Shown one piece after another: positions 47,965 through 55,537 of a stretch of 64,000 bases of DNA. Where the stretch lies: positions 28,473 to 92,472 of the forward strand of contig JACPNK010000005.1 of NCBI GenBank assembly GCA_016185525.1, given 5' to 3'. Position numbers and translations under genes: made by a program. Origin of the DNA: Candidatus Yanofskybacteria bacterium (GTDB lineage: Bacteria; Patescibacteriota; Minisyncoccia; 2-02-FULL-40-12; IGHO2-12-FULL-4). The notes under the pieces are model-generated. The model worked only from the letters and a program-made list of their open reading frames with translations. It had not been told where the DNA came from and made no database searches. Numbering within the stretch: the stretch's first letter is position 1; each line of letters opens with the position of its first letter.

Positions 47965-48117
47965 CCAAAACTGGAAAGATTTAATTAGGCATTTAAGTCC
48001 CCTTTTGGGGATTTTTAAACACCCAAAACTTGTAGCCGAGGGATGTAACATTCGGGAGGGTTGGAGTATTATACTTAATGATATCCAAAAACATCTGCCG
48101 ACCGGCAGACTGCGAAT

Positions 48118-48639
48118 ATGGAGCAAAACGAAGAAAAAATGCTTGTAAAAAGAGCCCGGAGCGGAGACCGCCAAGCGCTGAGTCTGCTTTGGGATGCTCT
48201 AACGCCTAAGCTTTTTGGTTATCTCGTCAATACCACCAAAAACAAACCGCTGGCCGAAGACTTGCTTCAAACAACCTGGCTTAAGGCAATTGATAATCTT
48301 TCCAAATTTAAGCAGCAGGACGCGGGTTTTAGCGCTTGGCTTTTTGCCATAGCCCGTAACGAATACCGTCAACACTGGCGAAAGCGTAAAAACGAAGTGT
48401 CTTTTGAACCAGCCGAACACGACCAGCCGGATAGCAGCCAAGGGTCTCCGGAAGCAAAGATTTTTGTAGAACAAGCTCTTGCCTATCTTTCTGATGACGA
48501 CAGGGAGCTTATCAGGCTCCGATATATTGTCGATTTACCGATTAAAGATATTGCCTTAATCCTCAAACTTAATTTTGTAACAGTGCGAGTGCGCATACAT
48601 CGGGCCTTAGCCAAAATGCGCGCCGCTATTACTTCTTAA
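48118..48639 (+). CDS. ECF RNA polymerase sigma factor
   Basis: AEDLLQTTWLK, FSAWLFAIARN, region 4 IKDIALIL...TVRVRIHRA. Confidence 0.92.
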   Translation: MEQNEEKMLVKRARSGDRQALSLLWDALTPKLFGYLVNTTKNKPLAEDLLQTTWLKAIDNLSKFKQQDAGFSAWLFAIARNEYRQHWRKRKNEVSFEPAEHDQPDSSQGSPEAKIFVEQALAYLSDDDRELIRLRYIVDLPIKDIALILKLNFVTVRVRIHRALAKMRAAITS

Positions 48640-48641
48640 AT

Positions 48642-49793
48642 ATGGCTAATTTTTTTAGGACAATTGAAGAGGTTCTTGCTGACTGGGGACGCAGGCAACG
48701 TCAACTTCCCTCTCGCAACGAACTGTTAAAAAGCGAAATCTTAAACAAGCTACAGGCTACAGAGCCGATGCTGCCGAAAATTTTACCGCAACACTGGCAC
48801 ACTCCTTGGCTTAGTTTTGCTTTTACCAGCTTGGCACTGATTTCCTTGTTTGTCGGAAGTCTTTTGCCTCTTGGAACTTCTACTACGGTCAAAACTCTAA
48901 ACAACAAGGACGTAGAACTTTCAAGTCCGTTTTCAAATTCGTTGAGCATCCGAAAGGGCGATTCAATTTTCTTCACTCCGCCACAAGGTTATGAAATTCC
49001 AATAACTGATAACCGTGAGTTTACAAGAACCGACTACAGCGCCAATATCCGTACTCGCCGCGTAGATGAACTTGTTGAAAATATTGGCGATACCGTCCGT
49101 TTTCTTGGCGGGCGGGTGGATAGTTCCAACAGCTCTAAGCAATATGGCCATGTCAGTTTTGTGGTGCCGGCAGACAAATTTGAATCTTTCAGGCGTTCGG
49201 TCAAAAGATTGGCAGGCGGCAGGTTTTTGATAGAAAATATCTACACCGAGAATCTTCTTCCGCAAAAGCAATCCATTGAACAACAGCAAAAAAATGCGGG
49301 GGAAACACTTACCAAACTTAGAAGCGAAAAAAACAGTCTTATCTCAAACCACAAAAAAGTCGTTGCTCAGATCCAGTCAAAGATAAACGAAGTTGACAAG
49401 AGGATCACCGCGGTTAGAATTAAGCTTGACGTCACCAACGATCCGTCGCAAAGGGAGATTCTTAAAGCTGAAGAAAGAAGGCTTTTGGACGAAAAGAATA
49501 CCCTTGAAGCTGAACTTGCTAACGAAAACTCTAATTACTCAAGCAAGCTTTATTCGCTTGATTTGCAAATCCGAGAAAATGAAGCAATTTTAGACAGTGC
49601 TTTTAAAGAAGACCAAAAACTTGTTGATACTGTTGCCACCGTCCGCGGGACTGTTTCTCTTGGTTGGATAAGCGTTTGGGAAATTATCCGGCTTTATGTT
49701 CCCGTAAACTTTGGCTTTGTGGTATTCGGCATTGCCGCAATTGCCGCTTATCTTATTCACCGCCGACGTTCATATTTATTTTTGCCGGACTAA
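48642..49793 (+). CDS. DUF4349-like membrane protein (putative anti-sigma partner)
   Basis: TM, ferredoxin-like segment (GGRVDSS...VVPADKF), long coiled coil, C-terminal TM; coupled to the ECF sigma. Confidence 0.65.
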   Translation: MANFFRTIEEVLADWGRRQRQLPSRNELLKSEILNKLQATEPMLPKILPQHWHTPWLSFAFTSLALISLFVGSLLPLGTSTTVKTLNNKDVELSSPFSNSLSIRKGDSIFFTPPQGYEIPITDNREFTRTDYSANIRTRRVDELVENIGDTVRFLGGRVDSSNSSKQYGHVSFVVPADKFESFRRSVKRLAGGRFLIENIYTENLLPQKQSIEQQQKNAGETLTKLRSEKNSLISNHKKVVAQIQSKINEVDKRITAVRIKLDVTNDPSQREILKAEERRLLDEKNTLEAELANENSNYSSKLYSLDLQIRENEAILDSAFKEDQKLVDTVATVRGTVSLGWISVWEIIRLYVPVNFGFVVFGIAAIAAYLIHRRRSYLFLPD

Positions 49794-49848
49794 AGAGGGC
49801 TCTCCGCCCTCTTTAAATTTTAGAAGTAATGTGGTAAAATTTTTTCAA

Positions 49849-50079
49849 ATGCCCACCCCCGCTATTACCAAAAAATTAACCCAAAAAGGTGACTTTGTAA
49901 TCATTCCTCGTAAAGGATACGAGGAGTTTTTAGCTTGGCGAGGAACAAACAAGAGAATAGAGACTTACACTCCGACACCTGCCGAGAAAAGGGCTATTGC
50001 CAAAGCAAAACGAAACTTTACCAAAGGAAATTATGTAACTTGGGAAGAACTGAAACATGAGTTGGCAAGTAATCGTTGA
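49849..50079 (+). CDS. Putative antitoxin, copy 1
   Basis: GDFVIIPRKGYEEF...EKRAIAKA.RNF.KGNYVTWEELKHEL; upstream of a RelE-like remnant. Confidence 0.75.
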   Translation: MPTPAITKKLTQKGDFVIIPRKGYEEFLAWRGTNKRIETYTPTPAEKRAIAKAKRNFTKGNYVTWEELKHELASNR

Positions 50080-50219
50080 TAAATCAGCCAGAAAACAACT
50101 CCAGCGTTTACCAAAAAGAGGTTTCCAGTATTTACAGAATTTTTTACACAATTTATTTTAAAGAAAGGATAATTTACATTTTTGAAATCAAGCGTCGAAC
50201 CACGACTACTTATTCGTAA
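50057..50219 (+). pseudogene. RelE/ParE toxin remnant (internal deletion plus frameshift)
   Basis: MSWQVIVDKSARKQLQRLPKR in one frame, YRIFYTIYFKERIIYIFEIKRRTTTTYS* in another; middle missing relative to 52428-52679. Confidence 0.82.
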
Positions 50220-51041
50220 ATGAAAAACCAAAAAGGATTCGCTCTTGTTCCTGTAATCTTGGTGCTTATCATCGCTGGCATGGGCATCTGGTTTTTGCTT
50301 ACCAAAAGCCTCGCTCCGGATCAGCTCCGACAATATGTTAAAGACGGCAAAATAGACCGAGATTTTGCATTTTGGTTAGGAAAAAATGAAAGCATGGACG
50401 CACTTGTTATTTTCAAGAGTAATGATGAAAAGAAAAGATTTTTAAACACTTTTTCTAAAAATGACTACATCCTTTTGGAGGACTACGGTGGATTCGAAAC
50501 GGCCTATATAACAATCCCAAACATGGATGCCGCCGGTAGAATTTTATCAGATTCAGGAGTAGTAAAGTTTTCACCATACGGATGGGCTTTTTCGCAATTT
50601 GACGTCAAGGCTAGAGCAAAAACAAAAGCGTATCGTGATGATAAATACGGTTACGAAGTTAAAACCTCCAACTTTTACGCTCCTATCAAGAAACTATCGT
50701 CGACAGCTTTAAGAATAGGAGATGAGGCTATATTCCAGCAAATTTCAGTATTTGATAACCAAACGATTGGGGGCAGGATAAAGACAGCAGACATTCAAGA
50801 GATTTTAAAAACTGTTCGTCCGGGGTTAAGCTTAAGTAGATCAATTAAGAAATCTACTGTGGAGTATTATCTGGGAGGTAAAAAAGGTAAAGCGGTTATT
50901 TTTACCTTGGCACCGGAAGACAAGTACACTTATATTCTTGTGGAAAAAGATAACAAATTATACGAATTTTTCACTCCCGGTGATCTAAAAAATGGCGGGT
51001 CAGATGCAGAAACCTACTCCACCTTTAAATTTATTAAGTAA
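50220..51041 (+). CDS. Prepilin-type leader surface protein, cassette 1
   Basis: MKNQKG|FALVPVILVL + TM; YRDDKYGYEV; ends STFKFIK. Confidence 0.8.
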   Translation: MKNQKGFALVPVILVLIIAGMGIWFLLTKSLAPDQLRQYVKDGKIDRDFAFWLGKNESMDALVIFKSNDEKKRFLNTFSKNDYILLEDYGGFETAYITIPNMDAAGRILSDSGVVKFSPYGWAFSQFDVKARAKTKAYRDDKYGYEVKTSNFYAPIKKLSSTALRIGDEAIFQQISVFDNQTIGGRIKTADIQEILKTVRPGLSLSRSIKKSTVEYYLGGKKGKAVIFTLAPEDKYTYILVEKDNKLYEFFTPGDLKNGGSDAETYSTFKFIK

Positions 51042-51048
51042 TGTGGTA
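51018..51048 (+). repeat. Array junction box A (copies at 49803, 51018, 52169, 53257)
   Basis: CCACCTTTAAATTTATTAAGTAATRTGGTA; encodes TFKFIK* and carries an extended -10 TG-N-TANNNT. Confidence 0.9.
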
Positions 51049-51058
51049 TAGTGAACCC

Positions 51059-51316
51059 ATGCCAAAAGTCAATAAAAAAATCTACTCTTACTCGGTATTT
51101 TATGAATCGGATCCGGACGGCGGTTATATTGTAACCGCACCAACCCTACCCGGTTGTTATAGCCAAGGCGATACACTAGAAGAAGCCGAAAAAAATATCA
51201 GAGAAGCGATCGAGCTTTACATAGAAAGTTTGGTTGCCCACCGTGAACCTATTCCGAAGGAAGTAAAATCTTTTCAGGGCACTGTGGTAATTCCTGTTTC
51301 ACCCCCTGCTCGATAG
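51059..51316 (+). CDS. hicB: HicB family antitoxin
   Basis: DGGYIVTAPTLPGCYSQGDTLEEAEKNIREAI.LY......EPIP. Confidence 0.92.
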   Translation: MPKVNKKIYSYSVFYESDPDGGYIVTAPTLPGCYSQGDTLEEAEKNIREAIELYIESLVAHREPIPKEVKSFQGTVVIPVSPPAR

Positions 51317-51317
51317 C

Positions 51318-51548
51318 ATGGTTAAGATTCCTGCTTTAACTGCCAAAAAAGTCATCAAAGTTCTCAAAAGAATAGGATTTTTAGAAGATCGTCAAAAAGG
51401 TAGCCATCTAATTTTGTTTAACTCAAAAACCAACACGAGAACAGTTGTGCCAGTTCACGCTGGAAAAACACTGAAAAAGCCTCTTGTACGAGCAATTATT
51501 AATGATACTAAATTAACCGTCAAAGAATTTGTAGAGTTACTAAAATGA
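51318..51548 (+). CDS. hicA: HicA family toxin
   Basis: GF...RQKGSH.....TVVPVH. Confidence 0.92.
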   Translation: MVKIPALTAKKVIKVLKRIGFLEDRQKGSHLILFNSKTNTRTVVPVHAGKTLKKPLVRAIINDTKLTVKEFVELLK

Positions 51549-52192
51549 AAAACCAAAAAGGATTTTCTAAAATAGCGGTGATTATTATTGCTGCAATTGT
51601 GATCGCAGTTGCCGGCTGGCGGTATTTATGGAGACCATACACGAATATCTACCCAGTTACTCCCACTCCGACAGTTAGTTCAACTACTGACCCCACCGCT
51701 GGCTCGCCCCGTGACGAAATTTTACGGGGCTGGCAAACTTACCGCAATGAGCAGTATGGGTTTGAGTTCCAAACTCCCGCCAACTGGATTATTGAAAATG
51801 AAAGTCGAGACGTCGGAAACGGTGTGGCGTTTATTACTGATTTTAAATCCCCGGACTTCAAACAGGCTGGGGATATGATGAATGAAGTGGATGTTTTGAG
51901 TGGCTATTTGCTCAATATTCATTTACAATATCCTTCAAATATTAAAACTTTTAGCGAACTGACAGAATTTTTGAAGCTCGGTCGTGGCGGCCACATTCAG
52001 TTGAGTGAGAAATTGATTTTGGTAGATGGTGAAAAGACCATCTTACATGACTTAGGAGATTATCGGCAAGGTAGCTTGAAGGATGTGCATTTTCTTCACG
52101 GGGATAAATGGTTCACTATTACCTTTTCTTACGCGAATTACGAAGATGATCAATTCAACCAAATCCTCTCCACCTTTAAATTTATTAAGTAA
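51545..52192 (+). CDS. Prepilin-type leader, PsbP-like surface protein, cassette 2
   Basis: MKNQKG|FS + TM, PT linker, WQTYRNEQYGFEFQTPANW, ends FNQILSTFKFIK. Confidence 0.82.
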   Translation: MKNQKGFSKIAVIIIAAIVIAVAGWRYLWRPYTNIYPVTPTPTVSSTTDPTAGSPRDEILRGWQTYRNEQYGFEFQTPANWIIENESRDVGNGVAFITDFKSPDFKQAGDMMNEVDVLSGYLLNIHLQYPSNIKTFSELTEFLKLGRGGHIQLSEKLILVDGEKTILHDLGDYRQGSLKDVHFLHGDKWFTITFSYANYEDDQFNQILSTFKFIK

Positions 52193-52211
52193 TATGGTAA
52201 AATTTTTTCAA

Positions 52212-52424
52212 ATGCCCACCCCCGCTATTACCAAAAAATTAACCCAAAAAGGTGACTTTGTAATCATTCCTCGTAAAGAATACGAGGAGTTTTTGAAATT
52301 TAACTCTAGGCCGGTATATAAACCGACAAAAACTGAGTCGCGTATGATCAAACGAGCCAGAGAGGATTTTAAAAAAGGCAACTACATAACTCTGGAGGAG
52401 CTAAAAAAGAAATTAGGGTTTTGA
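52212..52424 (+). CDS. Putative antitoxin, copy 2
   Basis: First 27 codons nearly identical to 49849; different C-terminus ending GNYITLEELKKKLGF. Confidence 0.78.
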   Translation: MPTPAITKKLTQKGDFVIIPRKEYEEFLKFNSRPVYKPTKTESRMIKRAREDFKKGNYITLEELKKKLGF

Positions 52425-52427
52425 TTA

Positions 52428-52679
52428 ATGTGGAGCGTTGTTGTAAGAAAATCTGCCGAAAAACAGTTGGATAGACTATCCAAATCCGCTCAAGTCAAAA
52501 TAATTCTTGCTCTGGAGACTTTCAAAAGCAATCCATTTAGCGGCGATATCGCCAATCTCAAAGACAGTATCTGGCGCCGGCGTGTCGGCTCCTATCGCAT
52601 TACATTTGAACTGATCAAATTCAGACGGATAATTTATGTAATTGAAATCAAGCGTCGGACCACAACTACTTATTCGTAA
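52428..52679 (+). CDS. RelE/ParE family toxin
   Basis: KSAEKQLDRL...NPFSGDIANL...WRRRVGSYRI...VIEIKRR. Confidence 0.9.
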   Translation: MWSVVVRKSAEKQLDRLSKSAQVKIILALETFKSNPFSGDIANLKDSIWRRRVGSYRITFELIKFRRIIYVIEIKRRTTTTYS

Positions 52680-52680
52680 A

Positions 52681-53280
52681 ATGAAACAACTCTTTCAACA
52701 ATTTCAGAATCAAAAAGGCTTTGCCATCATCCCTCTCATAGTTATCCTCGCTTTAGCCGGCATTGGGGTTTATTGGTTTACCTCCGGAAGAACAATTCCG
52801 GGTGTATCTTGGCTTATGCCAACCCCAGATCCGACTGCTGGGTGGCAGACATACAGAAATGAGCAGTATGGGTTTGAGGTGAAGTATCCGGAGGGGTGGC
52901 AAATAAATGAAAATAATAGTCCGCTAACTTCACAATGGGTTCAAGTATTTTTAAACTCTAATCAGTTACAATCACAGAAAGAACCCCAGGTTCTAGACGA
53001 TTTTGAGATCAAAGTAAGCAAAGAATACAAACCAGGGTGGGAAAATTATTTTTTTGACCACAGTTCTAACGGTGAAATCACAATAAATAATGTCTATTGG
53101 AAAACCTTTTTGTTGCCAACTGGTACCGGTGGAGACGCGGCGTCAGGACAGACTTTTTTACCAGTTTTCGGACTTCAGTCGGTTCATAATAACTCTCTTT
53201 TTTCAATAAAATTTTTTAATCAAACCAATTTAACATCTTTACAAAACCAAATCCTCGCCACCTTTAAATTTATTAAGTAA
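52681..53280 (+). CDS. Prepilin-type leader, PsbP-like surface protein, cassette 3
   Basis: QNQKG|FAIIPLIVIL + TM, WQTYRNEQYGFEVKYPEGW, ends NQILATFKFIK. Confidence 0.82.
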   Translation: MKQLFQQFQNQKGFAIIPLIVILALAGIGVYWFTSGRTIPGVSWLMPTPDPTAGWQTYRNEQYGFEVKYPEGWQINENNSPLTSQWVQVFLNSNQLQSQKEPQVLDDFEIKVSKEYKPGWENYFFDHSSNGEITINNVYWKTFLLPTGTGGDAASGQTFLPVFGLQSVHNNSLFSIKFFNQTNLTSLQNQILATFKFIK

Positions 53281-53307
53281 TGTGGTAGAGTGCTTTTATT
53301 AACTTTG

Positions 53308-53414
53308 ACAAGTAAGTTTTGCGGGGAGGAACGGAAGTAATGGGGCTTTGGCCAAAGCGTTCAAAAAGTTGAGCTTTTTGGCCAGAATCAGTTACTCTCC
53401 TCTCGTTTACTTGT
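53308..53414 (+). promoter_or_regulatory. Long hairpin in the pnp 5' leader
   Basis: Nested stems ACAAGTAA/TTACTTGT, CGGGGAGGA/TCCTCTCG, TGGCCAAA/TTTGGCCA. Confidence 0.65.
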
Positions 53415-53424
53415 TACACAATTT

Positions 53425-55521
53425 GTGGATATAAAAACATATTCCGAAGAGTTTGCGGGCAAGAAGCTCTTTGTTGAAATTGGCCGTTTGGCCGGACAGG
53501 CCAACGGCTCTTGCCGTGTGCAGTACGGCGATTCTACGGTGCTGGTAACAGCCACGATGTCGGCTCATCCAAAAAGCGCCGACTACTTTCCTTTGTCGGT
53601 GGACTACGAAGAAAAGTATTACGCCGCCGGAAAGATCAAGGGCTCAAAATGGATCAAGCGCGAAACCCGTCCGTCGGAGGAAGCGATTCTCACCAGCCGG
53701 GTAATTGACCGCTCAATCAGGCCAAGGTTTGACCACAACATAAGAAACGAGGTACAGGTTGTGCCAACTGTCTTAACTTTTGACGGAGTCAACGACCCCG
53801 ACATAGTGGCGCTTTTTGGCGCTTCTTTGGCTTTGATGATATCTGACATTCCTTTTGCTGGCCCGGTGGCTGGCGTTCGGATTGGTAAAATCGCGGGCAA
53901 ATTAGTTATAAACCCAACTTATGCCGAACGCACCCAAAGCGACTTTGACATAATTGTCGCCGGCACGGCCAACAAAATAAATATGATTGAGGCCGGCGGT
54001 AAGATTATCCCGGAAAAAGACATGGCTGAAGCTATAAATCATGGCTTCAAAGAAATACAAAAATTAACCAAACTACAGCAGAAAATTGCGGATGATTTTA
54101 AGGTTGAGAAGAAAAAACTGGACATTTTCAGCCACGACGAGGCTTTGCACAAGCTAGTCAGCGATTTTGTTGCGCCAAGACTTGAAAAGGTGCTTTACAC
54201 GCCTCACAAACAAGAGTATGTGGAAGGCCTTCACAGAACACAGGACGAGCTTGCTGAATATATCAAGGAACAATTCAAAGAGCATCCGGAGTTAGATGGC
54301 AAGCTTAAAGAAGCAAACGTTATCTTTGAAGAAGAAATTGACCGGATCGTCCACAAAAATATTTTGGAGTCGGAAAAAAGACCGGATGGCAGAAAAGTTG
54401 ATGAACTCCGGGCAATTAACGCTGAAGTTGCCGTTCTCCCCCACTCTCACGGCACCGGCTTGTTTAACCGAGGCACGACTCAAGCGCTATCGTCACTTAC
54501 TCTAGCGGCACCGGGCATGGAGCAATGGATTGAAACCATGGAAATTGAACTGACTAAAAAACGCTTTATGCATCACTATGTTTTTCCGCCTTTTAGTGTC
54601 GGCGAGGTTGGCAGAATGGGTTTTGCCGGCCGAAGAGAAATTGGCCACGGCGCTTTGGCTGAAAGAGCTTTGGAGCCGATTATCCCTTCCAAAGAAGAAT
54701 TTCCTTATACAATCAGGGTTGTTTCTGAAATCCTATCTTCCAACGGCTCATCTTCTATGGCCTCGGTTTGCGGCGCCTCTTTGGCTTTGATGGACGGCGG
54801 TGTGCCGGTCAAAACGCCGGCGGCGGGAATTGCCATGGGTTTAATGTTTTCCGCCGAAGGCGATAAGTATAAAGTCCTAACCGATATTCAAGGTCCGGAG
54901 GACCACCATGGCGATATGGACTTAAAAGTTGCCGGCACTAGAGATGGCATTACGGCTATGCAGATGGATGTAAAAATTGAAGGCATCACGCCGGAAATAC
55001 TGGAAAAGGCGCTAGAACAAACCAAAAAAGCAAGGTTAGAAATACTGGATCATATGGCCAAGGCCATATCAGAGCCAAGAAAAGAACTCTCATCTTTTGC
55101 ACCTAGGGTTAAAATTATTAAAATAAATCCGGAAAAGATTCGCACCGTAATCGGTCCGCAGGGCAAAATGATAAACGAAATTATAGACAAAACCGGCGTG
55201 CAAATTGACATTGAAGACGACGGCTCGGTGTTCATAACTTCAGACAGCGCCGAAGGCATGAAAAAGGCAATCTTGTGGATTGAAGATATAACTTACGAAG
55301 CCAAACCGGGCGACGAGTTTGACGGCAAAGTTGTAAAAATTATGGATTTCGGGGCTTTTGTTGAGTTTAAACCCGGACAAGACGGCATGGTCCATGTTTC
55401 TGAAATTTCAAACGAGCATATCCGCCGGCCGTCAGATGTTCTAAAAATTGGACAAAGCGTGCATGTGCGTGTGAAAAACATCGACGAGTATGGTAGAATA
55501 AACTTATCCATGAAAAAATAA
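53425..55521 (+). CDS. pnp: Polyribonucleotide nucleotidyltransferase
   Basis: YFPLSVDYEEKYYAAGKI, RPDGR, RREIGHGALAE, SNGSSSMASVC, DMDLKVAGT, KH and S1 domains. Confidence 0.98.
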   Translation: MDIKTYSEEFAGKKLFVEIGRLAGQANGSCRVQYGDSTVLVTATMSAHPKSADYFPLSVDYEEKYYAAGKIKGSKWIKRETRPSEEAILTSRVIDRSIRPRFDHNIRNEVQVVPTVLTFDGVNDPDIVALFGASLALMISDIPFAGPVAGVRIGKIAGKLVINPTYAERTQSDFDIIVAGTANKINMIEAGGKIIPEKDMAEAINHGFKEIQKLTKLQQKIADDFKVEKKKLDIFSHDEALHKLVSDFVAPRLEKVLYTPHKQEYVEGLHRTQDELAEYIKEQFKEHPELDGKLKEANVIFEEEIDRIVHKNILESEKRPDGRKVDELRAINAEVAVLPHSHGTGLFNRGTTQALSSLTLAAPGMEQWIETMEIELTKKRFMHHYVFPPFSVGEVGRMGFAGRREIGHGALAERALEPIIPSKEEFPYTIRVVSEILSSNGSSSMASVCGASLALMDGGVPVKTPAAGIAMGLMFSAEGDKYKVLTDIQGPEDHHGDMDLKVAGTRDGITAMQMDVKIEGITPEILEKALEQTKKARLEILDHMAKAISEPRKELSSFAPRVKIIKINPEKIRTVIGPQGKMINEIIDKTGVQIDIEDDGSVFITSDSAEGMKKAILWIEDITYEAKPGDEFDGKVVKIMDFGAFVEFKPGQDGMVHVSEISNEHIRRPSDVLKIGQSVHVRVKNIDEYGRINLSMKK

Positions 55522-55537
55522 TTTTGGATAAGTTTAT

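Noticed and set aside
49800-53290. Box A copies as CRISPR repeats or integron attC sites
   Set aside because: Spacing is ~1.1-1.2 kb with whole genes between; no cas genes; no RYYYAAC...GTTRRRY attC structure recognised
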